A stretch of DNA of 41,263 bases from a virus (IMGVR_UViG_3300033512_000103:1-41263), one strand, 5' to 3'; positions 26,680 through 34,181 are shown, counted from the stretch's first letter. A program made the numbers and translations. The notes: generated by a model not told the origin, from the letters alone.

Positions 26680-26913
26680 ATGAGATCGGACTTGCCGAAT
26701 ATTGCGAGTCGGAGATTTAAAATCCCCCTCGCAGTTTTATTTAAGACGGCCTACGATTATTGCGAGGTTCGCAAACACCCCAGCAATAAGCGCCAAGAGT
26801 TCGACGAGTTTCTGCATACTAAGGAATGTCCTGATTGTGTGTTTGATTTCTCGCTGGATCTTTTGGCTGGTATAACGACATTCAAATACGAAGAAGAGGA
26901 GATTGGGTTATGA
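26680..26913 (+). CDS. Hypothetical protein (77 aa) in the GC-rich cassette
   Basis: SD aaggag lies 5 nt upstream. A 4-nt ATGA overlap joins it to the next ORF. Confidence 0.6.
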   Translation: MRSDLPNIASRRFKIPLAVLFKTAYDYCEVRKHPSNKRQEFDEFLHTKECPDCVFDFSLDLLAGITTFKYEEEEIGL

Positions 26914-27119
26914 AAAAGAAGATGATAGACGTCGAAATTGATTTGGTTCGTAGTGAAGAATTCAGAGCTTTCGCAAGGAAGCAAACTGTTCTTTCTATGG
27001 ACGATCTCGATTACGTGCTTTATTATCTCAAGTTGAAAGATATTGAGGTGAAGAAGCGCGGTGATAACTTCGTTATGTGGGAGTTCATCAACGATCTTCG
27101 GCGAATGATGAGGGAGTGA
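26910..27119 (+). CDS. Hypothetical protein (69 aa) in the GC-rich cassette
   Basis: SD gaggag lies upstream. The ORF is translationally coupled to the previous one. Confidence 0.6.
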   Translation: MKKKMIDVEIDLVRSEEFRAFARKQTVLSMDDLDYVLYYLKLKDIEVKKRGDNFVMWEFINDLRRMMRE

Positions 27120-27126
27120 GGTGTTT

Positions 27127-27387
27127 ATGAGTGCTAGAAGGAAAATAAGAAAGAGGATAAACGGAAAAACCTTCAGACTATCAACACATCACCGACGCCC
27201 TAAAAGTAAGGGTGGCTCAAGTGACCCAGATAGCGGAAATCTCATACGGATTGCAGTTAATCTCCACGAGGCTTGGCACACGCTTGTCGGAAATGAAGAC
27301 CCGCCAAGAATTGCTGAAATTCTAGATAGATTTAACCGAATTTATCTAGATCCAAACTGGAAGTTAATTGCAGTTAAGAGAACGTGA
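27127..27387 (+). CDS. Small HNH endonuclease (86 aa from the ATG at 27127; the track start at 27121 is GTG)
   Basis: THHRRPKSKGGSSDPDSGNLIRIAVNLHEAWHTL fits the HH..P.S.GG...N...H...H pattern of the HNH core. SD gtgagg lies 5 nt upstream. Confidence 0.75.
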   Translation: MSARRKIRKRINGKTFRLSTHHRRPKSKGGSSDPDSGNLIRIAVNLHEAWHTLVGNEDPPRIAEILDRFNRIYLDPNWKLIAVKRT

Positions 27388-27433
27388 GTGGGTTAAGGTG
27401 TTCACCCCTCTCAAAAAACCTGAGTGAGTCTTG

Positions 27434-27486
27434 CTGTATTCCTCGCTAAAGAATACAGACCACTTCTTTTGAGGTGGTTTTTCTTT
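27434..27486 (+). terminator. Tandem hairpins; the second is a Rho-independent terminator
   Basis: ctgtattc-N9-gaatacag (8 bp) at 27434-27458. accacttc-tttt-gaggtggt (8 bp) at 27459-27478, followed by ttttcttt. Confidence 0.75.
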
Positions 27487-27527
27487 ACAGTGTATAAAAG
27501 GTGTTGTGGTTTTCATAACAAGTAAAG

Positions 27528-27533
27528 TATAAT
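27528..27533 (+). promoter_or_regulatory. -10 element TATAAT, 6 nt upstream of the ATG at 27540 (leaderless)
   Basis: gtataattaatgtatg is identical to the 16-mer upstream of the gene at 38015. Confidence 0.55.
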
Positions 27534-27539
27534 TAATGT

Positions 27540-28580
27540 ATGTCAAATAAAAAAGCTAAAATATTTTCAGGAATTATTGATGACCCACGATCAAAAAAAG
27601 AAAAATCGAAGGATTATCAGGCTGAAGAAGTTGTAACTTTCTCGCCCGTTGAATGGAAAGAAAAAGATAAGAAAAATTATAGGAGATTCAAAATAAGAAA
27701 ACAAAACGGATCAGGAATGTGTGTTGCCTTTGCTACAGCGCTAGCTCTTGGAGTTGAAAATTTATTAGAAGAAAATAAAATGCTTAATATTTCTGCTTTG
27801 GATATTTATGATCGTAGAGCCAATAAACCAGAAGCCGGAATGTGGTTCAACGACGCACTCGAAATTGCTAAAACATTCGGAGCTTGTACTGGAGAATTAT
27901 TGCCTTATGAAAATCTAACCGAGAAGAAAGCTAATCTGCCAGTAAAGAGAACTAACGAAATGCTAAATGTCGCACAAACTTATCGTGGCGGTAAGTATGT
28001 CGCTCTTCCAATTAATATAGAAAGAATCGCGTCGGTAATAAAAGAAGGAAAAATTGTTATTTTAGGTTTTAGTTTTAATTATGATGAATGGACTGATGTT
28101 CCAGTAATTCTATCGAACGAACCAAGTCTCAGACACGGTGTTGGTGCAACTGATTTTACTTTATTCGAAGGAAAGAAATGTTTAGTGATTCAAGATAGCT
28201 GGGGAGAAAGTTACGGTTTAGACGGACTCAGAGTTATTACAGAGAGTTTCCTAAAGGCAAGATGTTTTTATGCTGGTTATATTTTGGCGAGAAAGAATGA
28301 AGGTACTGTTACGGAAAAACCTAGACACACTTTTACAAAAATTCTAACTTACGGAATGAAGAACGACGAAGATGTCAGAGCGCTCCAAGAGATATTAAAT
28401 TACGAAGGTCTGTTTGATTTTGATGAATTTACCGGAAATTATATGCAAATAACTGCAAAAGGAATTGACGCTTTGCAAAAAAAATATTCTATCGCCAGTG
28501 CGCTTGAATTATCTATTGTTCAAGGAAAACGGGTCGGCCAGAAAACTATCAACTGGCTTAATGCTAACTATGGTTCATAG
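27540..28580 (+). CDS. Endolysin: papain-like (C1-type) cysteine peptidase with a C-terminal PG_binding_1 domain
   Basis: QNGSGMCVAFAT has Q six residues before the catalytic C, as in papain. LRHGVGA supplies the His and IQDSWGESYG matches NSWG..WG. The C-terminal DEDVRALQEILNYEGL...TGNYMQITAKGIDALQKKY is peptidoglycan-binding-like. Confidence 0.75.
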   Translation: MSNKKAKIFSGIIDDPRSKKEKSKDYQAEEVVTFSPVEWKEKDKKNYRRFKIRKQNGSGMCVAFATALALGVENLLEENKMLNISALDIYDRRANKPEAGMWFNDALEIAKTFGACTGELLPYENLTEKKANLPVKRTNEMLNVAQTYRGGKYVALPINIERIASVIKEGKIVILGFSFNYDEWTDVPVILSNEPSLRHGVGATDFTLFEGKKCLVIQDSWGESYGLDGLRVITESFLKARCFYAGYILARKNEGTVTEKPRHTFTKILTYGMKNDEDVRALQEILNYEGLFDFDEFTGNYMQITAKGIDALQKKYSIASALELSIVQGKRVGQKTINWLNANYGS

Positions 28581-28711
28581 CTAGCGACACTCGTTATCAC
28601 GTGACACCTCGGGCGCAAAACAATATCCACGTTAAAAATATATATATACAATATCGGATTCACGTTTTAAACCCACATTCAGAACCACGGATAATTTGTG
28701 AATACAACAGA

Positions 28712-28733
28712 CCCCCGCCACAAGGGGTTTTTT
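28712..28733 (+). terminator. Rho-independent terminator closing the late/lysis unit
   Basis: ccccc-gccacaa-gggg stem-loop followed by tttttt. Confidence 0.7.
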
Positions 28734-28740
28734 GTTATAT

Positions 28741-28769
28741 TTGACAACAGGTTTATACAGTTTTATAAC
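28741..28769 (+). promoter_or_regulatory. Sigma70-like promoter TTGACA-N17-TATAAC
   Basis: ttgaca at 28741-46 and tataac at 28764-69. Confidence 0.65.
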
Positions 28770-28779
28770 TATTTTTCTA

Positions 28780-28807
28780 TTGAATTTTTATTACTATGAT
28801 TTATAAT
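28780..28807 (+). promoter_or_regulatory. Second promoter TTGAAT-N16-TATAAT upstream of recT
   Basis: ttgaat at 28780-85 and tataat at 28802-07. Confidence 0.55.
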
Positions 28808-28857
28808 TATAACAGTACAGAAACGGGGTCGAATTTATTAAAAAATTAATCAAAAAA

Positions 28858-29580
28858 ATGAATACAAATTTAGCAAAAATAAAAGAAGAAATTAATTTAC
28901 AAATTGCAGATAAGGACACTTTTAAAACTCTGTTAGATACAACTTTCAAGGGAATTAAAGATCCGGCAGTCGCTAAGAGAGCTATGCTCGAAGGAATGAT
29001 GAGAGGTTTTGAATTTAAAGATTTTTTACAAAAAAATATTTATGCAATTCCTTTTAAAGAAAGTTATGCCTTAGTTACTTCAATAGACCACGCTAGAAAA
29101 ATTGGTATGAGAAGTGGTGTCTGTGGAAAAAGCGAACCGATATTTGAGGAGAAAGATAACAAAATTATTTCTTGCAAAATAACAATAAAAAGAAATGTCG
29201 GTAGTATTGTTGGAGAATATACGGCCAAAGTTTATTTTGATGAATACTTTAAGAAAGGTCAGGGCTATAAAAGTTTATGGGAAACAAAACCAAGAACAAT
29301 GCTAGCCAAAGTTGCAGAAATGCACGCTTTACGATCGGCTTGTCCTGAAGAATTATCACAAGCGTACGTTGAAGAAGAAATGGAGAAAGAAGGTGTCATT
29401 GATGTAGTCCCGCAAGATGTAATTGATAAAGTTTCTAAAGCCAAAACTCTAGATGAACTTAAAACAATTTATAAAGAGAATGAAGGTTTCGGGAAAGGTT
29501 TTTCTAAAATGGTAATGGAGAAGAAGATCGAAATAGGTAAATTAGAAAAAGAAAGTGAAAACGAAAATGGAAATTCATAA
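28858..29580 (+). CDS. recT: RecT/Bet-family single-strand annealing protein
   Basis: LWETKPRTMLAKVAEMHALRSACPEEL matches the conserved W...P..ML.K.AE..ALR.AFP region. The gene is paired with a YqaJ-type exonuclease. Confidence 0.8.
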   Translation: MNTNLAKIKEEINLQIADKDTFKTLLDTTFKGIKDPAVAKRAMLEGMMRGFEFKDFLQKNIYAIPFKESYALVTSIDHARKIGMRSGVCGKSEPIFEEKDNKIISCKITIKRNVGSIVGEYTAKVYFDEYFKKGQGYKSLWETKPRTMLAKVAEMHALRSACPEELSQAYVEEEMEKEGVIDVVPQDVIDKVSKAKTLDELKTIYKENEGFGKGFSKMVMEKKIEIGKLEKESENENGNS

Positions 29581-30199
29581 TGTTGAACAGAGATCGCCAG
29601 AATGGTTTGAGTTAAGGAGAAAATATCCTTTAACCGCCAGCAATGCTCAGGCAATAGGAAATCAAGGTGAAGCCCTTGAAACACTTTGTTGGAAGAAATT
29701 ATCGGAAAGATATTCCTCGGCAGAACCAGAAGAGATCACTGGAAAAGATTTGGTCCGTGGAGTTGAATTAGAACCACAGGCGAGATCAATTTATGAATTG
29801 AAGACAGGTAATACAGTTACGGAAGTCGGATTTGTTACAAACGAGAGTATATCAAAATTGTGCGGGGCTAGCCCTGACGGTTTAATTTGCGATCATCACG
29901 GAGACGACGGCAACTTAGAAATAAAGTGTCACAAAGATATAAAGCATTTCAAAATGGTTGTTCAATACAAGAAAACCGGAAGTTTTGATATTGACAGTTC
30001 TTATTACTGGCAAGTTCAGATGCAGATGTTAGTAACAGGTAGAAAGTGGACAGACTTTGTAGCGTTTAATCCAAATTTTAAGGAGTCAATTCTTATTAAG
30101 AGAATATTTCCTGATCAGATAACTCAGGGTAAAATTCTTATGGGATTGGCAATGGGTGAGGTGATTATTAAAAACATAGAAAGTAATTTAGAAAAATAA
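29555..30199 (+). CDS. YqaJ-like / lambda-Exo-type PD-(D/E)xK exonuclease (the start may be the ATG at 29567)
   Basis: QRSPEWFELRRKYPLTASNAQAI is the YqaJ N-terminal motif. SPDGLI...LEIKC supplies the D...ExK catalytic motif. Confidence 0.8.
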   Translation: MKTKMEIHNVEQRSPEWFELRRKYPLTASNAQAIGNQGEALETLCWKKLSERYSSAEPEEITGKDLVRGVELEPQARSIYELKTGNTVTEVGFVTNESISKLCGASPDGLICDHHGDDGNLEIKCHKDIKHFKMVVQYKKTGSFDIDSSYYWQVQMQMLVTGRKWTDFVAFNPNFKESILIKRIFPDQITQGKILMGLAMGEVIIKNIESNLEK

Positions 30200-30465
30200 T
30201 GGAAAAGGAAACTAGAATGGTGTTTGTTGTAGAAATCGAGAGCGCGAGATTGTTTTTTAATAGTATTGAAGAGGCTTCAGATATATTTGCAAAATTGTCT
30301 GGTTCAAGCGCAGTGTTAATAAGGTCGGTAAATTATTCAGACAAATATTGTTACGTTGACGGAAAACCAGATCTTGCTTTAAAGGCGAGAAATATTGAAC
30401 TCTTTAAAACAAAAAAAGGAGCTGAATTTGAAAAGGAAAATAATGAACCAGAAAAAGAAGATTAA
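30199..30465 (+). CDS. Hypothetical protein
   Basis: 88-aa ORF with a start/stop overlap with the upstream gene. Confidence 0.55.
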   Translation: MEKETRMVFVVEIESARLFFNSIEEASDIFAKLSGSSAVLIRSVNYSDKYCYVDGKPDLALKARNIELFKTKKGAEFEKENNEPEKED

Positions 30466-30470
30466 AATAT

Positions 30471-31247
30471 ATGGAAAAAGAAAATAATAAATTCGTAGTT
30501 AAATTTGATTATAATATTGAGCAACTTCAATTAGTTGCAAAAGAGGTAGAAGAATTAGATTTATCAAATCTTGATTTGGTCAAAGAGACTCATAAGAAGA
30601 TAGTTAAAATTCGTACGACTATAAAGAAGCAGGAAAAAGAAATGGTTGATGAAGCAAATGAATTTAGAAACGCGGTCTTTGATAAGAGAAATGAATATCT
30701 TGAAATTACAGAACCACTTGAAAGTAAATTGAAAGCAGTTCTAGACGCGGAAGAGAAAAAGAAAATCATTGAAGCTAGGAAGATACTACTTCCAATGAGA
30801 AAACAACAGCTCTCAATGCTGGAAATATTATTGCCTTCTGATGAGGAATTATTGGAAATGGACGAAGAACAGTGGGTCGAATTCTATACCGCAAGAGTTG
30901 AAGATAACAAAAGAATCCTTGCCATAAAAGCTAGAGAAGATCAGATTAGAGAAGAAATGAAGGTTAAGGCCGAAAAGGAGAAAGAGGAGTTATTAAAAAA
31001 GGCTGAGGCCGATAAAATAAAAGCTGTTGAAGACGAGAAGGCCAGAGTTGCTCTTGCTGAAAAACGGAAGAAAGAGGAGCAAGAGAAAGCTGAACTTGAA
31101 GCGGAGAGAGCTAAAGAAAAGTTGGAGTCAAATAGAAAATACCAAGCCTTTTTATCAGTAAATAATTATGACGAAAAAACTGATATCATTATAAACAACA
31201 ATGGCGCTGTGAAACTATACAGATTTGTAGCAGAGCATAATCTTTAA
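30471..31247 (+). CDS. Hypothetical coiled-coil, Glu/Lys-rich protein
   Basis: 258 aa with a long EK-rich helical segment. It sits in the recombination module. Confidence 0.55.
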   Translation: MEKENNKFVVKFDYNIEQLQLVAKEVEELDLSNLDLVKETHKKIVKIRTTIKKQEKEMVDEANEFRNAVFDKRNEYLEITEPLESKLKAVLDAEEKKKIIEARKILLPMRKQQLSMLEILLPSDEELLEMDEEQWVEFYTARVEDNKRILAIKAREDQIREEMKVKAEKEKEELLKKAEADKIKAVEDEKARVALAEKRKKEEQEKAELEAERAKEKLESNRKYQAFLSVNNYDEKTDIIINNNGAVKLYRFVAEHNL

Positions 31248-31251
31248 GAAA

Positions 31252-31725
31252 ATGAATCAAGAGGAATCAGAAGTACCTAACAATATAGAGGAAGAAGTAT
31301 TTGAGTACAGACCAAGAGATGAAAATATTTCCTATCGTATTGAAAAACCTGATCCACATATGAAAAAGAATTGTGCTTCCTGTAATAGAATCATAAGGGA
31401 TCAGTGTAATCAAAAATACAAAGAGCGCGGTAATTTCTGTCAGGAATGTAATAATTTAGCTGGAGAAATGGCGGGTATCAGAAAGACAAAATATTACTTT
31501 GCTGAGAAGAGATGTAGTAACCCAAAGTGTTGGAACGGTATGACAAGTTCCGTTGATGAAAACGGAAAGGTGTCACACAAACAATGTAAGGTATGTATAT
31601 TCAACGAGTTTACTGAATCTGATCGTATAAAAATGTTTAATGAATTATTCCTCAAGAGAAACCGGCCTGATTTAGTCGACAGCCCAGCTTGCAAGGATAT
31701 GGACTTTAAAAATTTTAAAATCTAA
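31252..31725 (+). CDS. Cys-rich zinc-finger protein
   Basis: Several CxxC pairs are present (CASC, CQEC, CKVC). Confidence 0.6.
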   Translation: MNQEESEVPNNIEEEVFEYRPRDENISYRIEKPDPHMKKNCASCNRIIRDQCNQKYKERGNFCQECNNLAGEMAGIRKTKYYFAEKRCSNPKCWNGMTSSVDENGKVSHKQCKVCIFNEFTESDRIKMFNELFLKRNRPDLVDSPACKDMDFKNFKI

Positions 31726-31726
31726 T

Positions 31727-31855
31727 ATGTTGATAGAAATAATTTTAGGGATTGTATTGGCATATGTTGTTGTTTTGTGCCTACCGTATATCGTGATTGT
31801 TGTTGTAATAGTGATAGGAGTGTTAATAGAATTAATAAAAGATTTGTTAAAATAA
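31727..31855 (+). CDS. Small hydrophobic membrane protein (42 aa, below the track cutoff)
   Basis: ATG at 31727, TAA at 31853-55. The sequence is almost entirely I/V/L. The antisense track ORF 31722..31937 is rejected. Confidence 0.45.
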   Translation: MLIEIILGIVLAYVVVLCLPYIVIVVVIVIGVLIELIKDLLK

Positions 31856-31859
31856 AAAT

Positions 31860-32228
31860 ATGCAAAAAAGATTTAATATTTGTACAGTAAAGGAGTATGA
31901 AGGAAGAGACGGTCAGGTTAAAAAGTTCTGGCCTCAAGTTGGTAAGTATTCTGAATACACAAAACCAGACGGGACAGTGTCAAGATTTATAGAATTATTT
32001 ATGTTCCCTGACGTTAAGTTCTATATATTCGCTGAAAAGCCCAAAAATGCCCCAAATTCGAACGAATATAACCAAGACGTTACTTATCCTCAAAAGGGTA
32101 TGAAAAGCGGTTATATGCCAGAAACAGGACAAACAAGTGGTAGTAGCAGTGATAGTGGAGTAGGTGGAAATGGTGTAATAGAATATCCTGAAGACGACGA
32201 GATTAATCCAGAGGATATCCCCTTTTAA
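31860..32228 (+). CDS. SSB-like single-stranded DNA-binding protein (non-canonical N-terminus, canonical acidic DIPF tip)
   Basis: The C-terminus DDEINPEDIPF matches the bacterial SSB C-terminal tip (DDDIPF) and is preceded by a Gly/Ser-rich linker. The gene is in the recombination and replication module. Confidence 0.6.
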   Translation: MQKRFNICTVKEYEGRDGQVKKFWPQVGKYSEYTKPDGTVSRFIELFMFPDVKFYIFAEKPKNAPNSNEYNQDVTYPQKGMKSGYMPETGQTSGSSSDSGVGGNGVIEYPEDDEINPEDIPF

Positions 32229-32294
32229 CCAAAACTTTACAAGAAAAATTCATAGGGTTATAATAAAAGTACATTAAAAATTAATTAAATTAAA

Positions 32295-33053
32295 GTGGCA
32301 CAAAAAAGACTATTGGACAAGAAAATTTCGATCTCCGAACAGGTATCAAATTTACCGCTCGAAGCTCAAATAATTTTTACTTGGTCAATTCCACACGCAG
32401 ACGATTTGGGTTTATTACCAACTTCATTGAAAACCTTAAAAGCTATGATTGTCCCAATAATGGACATCAGCTTGGAGAACTTTGATTTCAATATCCAAAA
32501 GATACTAGATCAGGGCTTATGGGACATCTATGACAATAACGGCAATAAATTTTATAGACTATCTAAATTTACCAGACATCAGACATTGAAGAAAGACAGA
32601 CAGCCTCAAACATATCTAACCGGAGTATTAGGAAAGACCTTTAAAGAGAGTTGGAAGAATGTTGAAAAACTTGGTTTTCATTTACCAGATGACAATATTG
32701 GAAACCAAATGGAATCCACTGGAAACCAAACGGAATCCGAAGAGAAGAGAAGAGAAGAGAAGAGAAGTAAAGATAAATACAGCCCAGAAGGTGCATTAAT
32801 CATTAAAGCCTTTGAAGTTGTAGATCCAAAGAATAAAACATTTTACAGTAATAAGACTCAGAGGAGCGCTTGCGACTTCTTAATCAGTGAATACGGATTG
32901 GATAGGGTCTTGAAAGTTATAAGTATTTTGCCTCAATCAAACCGAATAGATTACATTCCTACGGTCTACACACCTTTTGATTTAAAGGAAAAATGGAAAA
33001 AGCTAGAGACTCAGCTACAGAAAAGAGCGAATAACCAGCCACTAAGCATATGA
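32295..33053 (+). CDS. Putative replication organiser / initiator-like protein (GTG start)
   Basis: The call rests on genomic context and on iteron-like direct repeats inside the coding region. The N-terminal LPLEAQIIFTWSIPHADDLGLLP only weakly resembles replisome-organiser N-domains. Confidence 0.35.
   Translation: MAQKRLLDKKISISEQVSNLPLEAQIIFTWSIPHADDLGLLPTSLKTLKAMIVPIMDISLENFDFNIQKILDQGLWDIYDNNGNKFYRLSKFTRHQTLKKDRQPQTYLTGVLGKTFKESWKNVEKLGFHLPDDNIGNQMESTGNQTESEEKRREEKRSKDKYSPEGALIIKAFEVVDPKNKTFYSNKTQRSACDFLISEYGLDRVLKVISILPQSNRIDYIPTVYTPFDLKEKWKKLETQLQKRANNQPLSI
32699..32767 (+). repeat. Two 19-bp direct repeats at 21-bp period, followed by a (GAAGA)n polypurine tract
   Basis: tggaaaccaaatggaatcc at 32699-32717 and tggaaaccaaacggaatcc at 32720-32738. 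gaagagaagagaagagaagagaagagaag at 32739-32767. Confidence 0.85.
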
Positions 33054-33430
33054 AAATATACGAATTTATCGTTAAATATGGCTACGGAGATAACGAAAAG
33101 GTTATCGTTGGCCTTGATGAACTCGAGAAAGCGCTTTATATCCAAAAATATGACGACGTTGCTGTACTCGGCGGGAAGCAGATCAATGGAAATAATATAA
33201 TTGTCATTGAACCTTACCGAATTGGATTACTTAGAACGGTCACTGTTAGCGGAGAAGTGAAGGAATTTTATTCTTATGAATACGAAAACCTTGATGAAGC
33301 CTTTGCAGAAGTTAGGAAGAGTAGGGAGAAGATTGATTATTTATTAAAAACTGGAAAGAAAAATCTTATTGGCACAAATGCACACTTGCCGGAATTTCAA
33401 CCAGTTAATCACCAATTAAAATTAAAATAA
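33050..33430 (+). CDS. Hypothetical protein
   Basis: 126-aa ORF with an ATGA overlap with the upstream gene. Confidence 0.55.
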   Translation: MKIYEFIVKYGYGDNEKVIVGLDELEKALYIQKYDDVAVLGGKQINGNNIIVIEPYRIGLLRTVTVSGEVKEFYSYEYENLDEAFAEVRKSREKIDYLLKTGKKNLIGTNAHLPEFQPVNHQLKLK

Positions 33431-33508
33431 AATGGCAAAAGAAATTAAAAAATTAAACACAGATCACAAGCCTGATGAATTGATTTTAGTTGTTGAAGCT
33501 GTAAAAAA

Positions 33509-34069
33509 ATGAAAATCTTAGGACAAATTAAAGACGGAGAATTTCGATTGAGCAAATACAACTCAATGATTTGGAAGAAGTTTAAGTCTGATCCAAAAAA
33601 TGATGGAAAGATTATTGGTATAATTTCGCGAACACCAGACAGCCGAAAGCAAAGAGGTTATTATCACGGTGGTGTTTTAGCTCTTTGGGCCTTTCTAAAC
33701 CAAATGGACTATCACGATCATAAGATACTAGAGTTTCTACACGATCACGCTAAAAAGGAATTTAACGGAGCGATAATCAGACTTGAAGGTAAGCAGGTTA
33801 AAATAGGACTTAGTACAATCGGTCTTCTAAACGACAGCGACGAGGCTGAAAGTGGTTATTTGGAAAGAGTTATTTCTTATCTTGAAGAGAATTACGCGAT
33901 TGACCGAATGAAAGTTTTAAACCCAGAACATTACAAACAATGGCGAGATGAAATTTATTCGGTCGGTGAAAGTGATAACTATATTGACTATATGCAGGAG
34001 ATTGGCTTATTACAAAAACGAGATGACTATCTACATAAAAACTGGAGAGACAGCACTATGTCAGAATAA
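33509..34069 (+). CDS. Hypothetical protein (weak resemblance to NinB / phage recombination-accessory proteins)
   Basis: The SRKQRGYYHGGVLALWA motif resembles the RS..QN.YYW pattern seen in some phage accessory proteins. This is weak evidence. Confidence 0.4.
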   Translation: MKILGQIKDGEFRLSKYNSMIWKKFKSDPKNDGKIIGIISRTPDSRKQRGYYHGGVLALWAFLNQMDYHDHKILEFLHDHAKKEFNGAIIRLEGKQVKIGLSTIGLLNDSDEAESGYLERVISYLEENYAIDRMKVLNPEHYKQWRDEIYSVGESDNYIDYMQEIGLLQKRDDYLHKNWRDSTMSE

Positions 34070-34181
34070 AGATTGTCCCGATTATCAATGTTGGGAAGAA
34101 TATGAATTTTCAGAAGTAAAAACTGACGAGAACGGTGATTACTATATCTGCCGTTCTTGCGGTGAGAAGATATATGTATGA
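34023..34181 (+). CDS. Small Zn-ribbon protein (52 aa from the ATG at 34023)
   Basis: CQNKDC...CRSC cysteine pairs. The track start at 33948 would overlap the previous gene by 122 nt. Confidence 0.45.
   Translation: MTIYIKTGETALCQNKDCPDYQCWEEYEFSEVKTDENGDYYICRSCGEKIYV

Larger units (their letters stand above)
25800..27490 (+). mobile_element. GC-rich, Shine-Dalgarno-bearing foreign cassette (moron-like insertion) carrying an MPE, two small ORFs and an HNH
   Basis: Hand counts give 31/60 G+C at 25861-25920 and 34/60 at 26101-26160, against 18/60 at 24781-24840 and 21/60 at 25441-25500. All four ORFs have AGGAG/GAGG 5-8 nt before the ATG, unlike the rest of the genome. The cassette has an internal terminator and a terminal terminator. 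Confidence 0.7.

Noticed and set aside
31722-31937. The 71-aa minus-strand ORF spanning the gap before the SSB-like gene.
   Set aside because: It overlaps the start of the SSB-like gene and a + strand 42-aa TM ORF (31727-31855) that fits the unidirectional, tightly packed layout.
32739-32767. The GAAGA pentamer-repeat tract and nearby direct repeats, considered as a possible CRISPR array or minisatellite.
   Set aside because: There are only two 19-bp repeats with a 2-nt spacer, plus a simple polypurine repeat, all inside a coding frame. There is no repeat-spacer architecture and no cas genes.
33432-33511. A 26-aa ORF (MAKEIKKLNTDHKPDELILVVEAVKK) that fills the gap before 33509, with an ATGA overlap.
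   Set aside because: It is too short to support without conservation or expression data. It is noted as possible but not reported as a feature.
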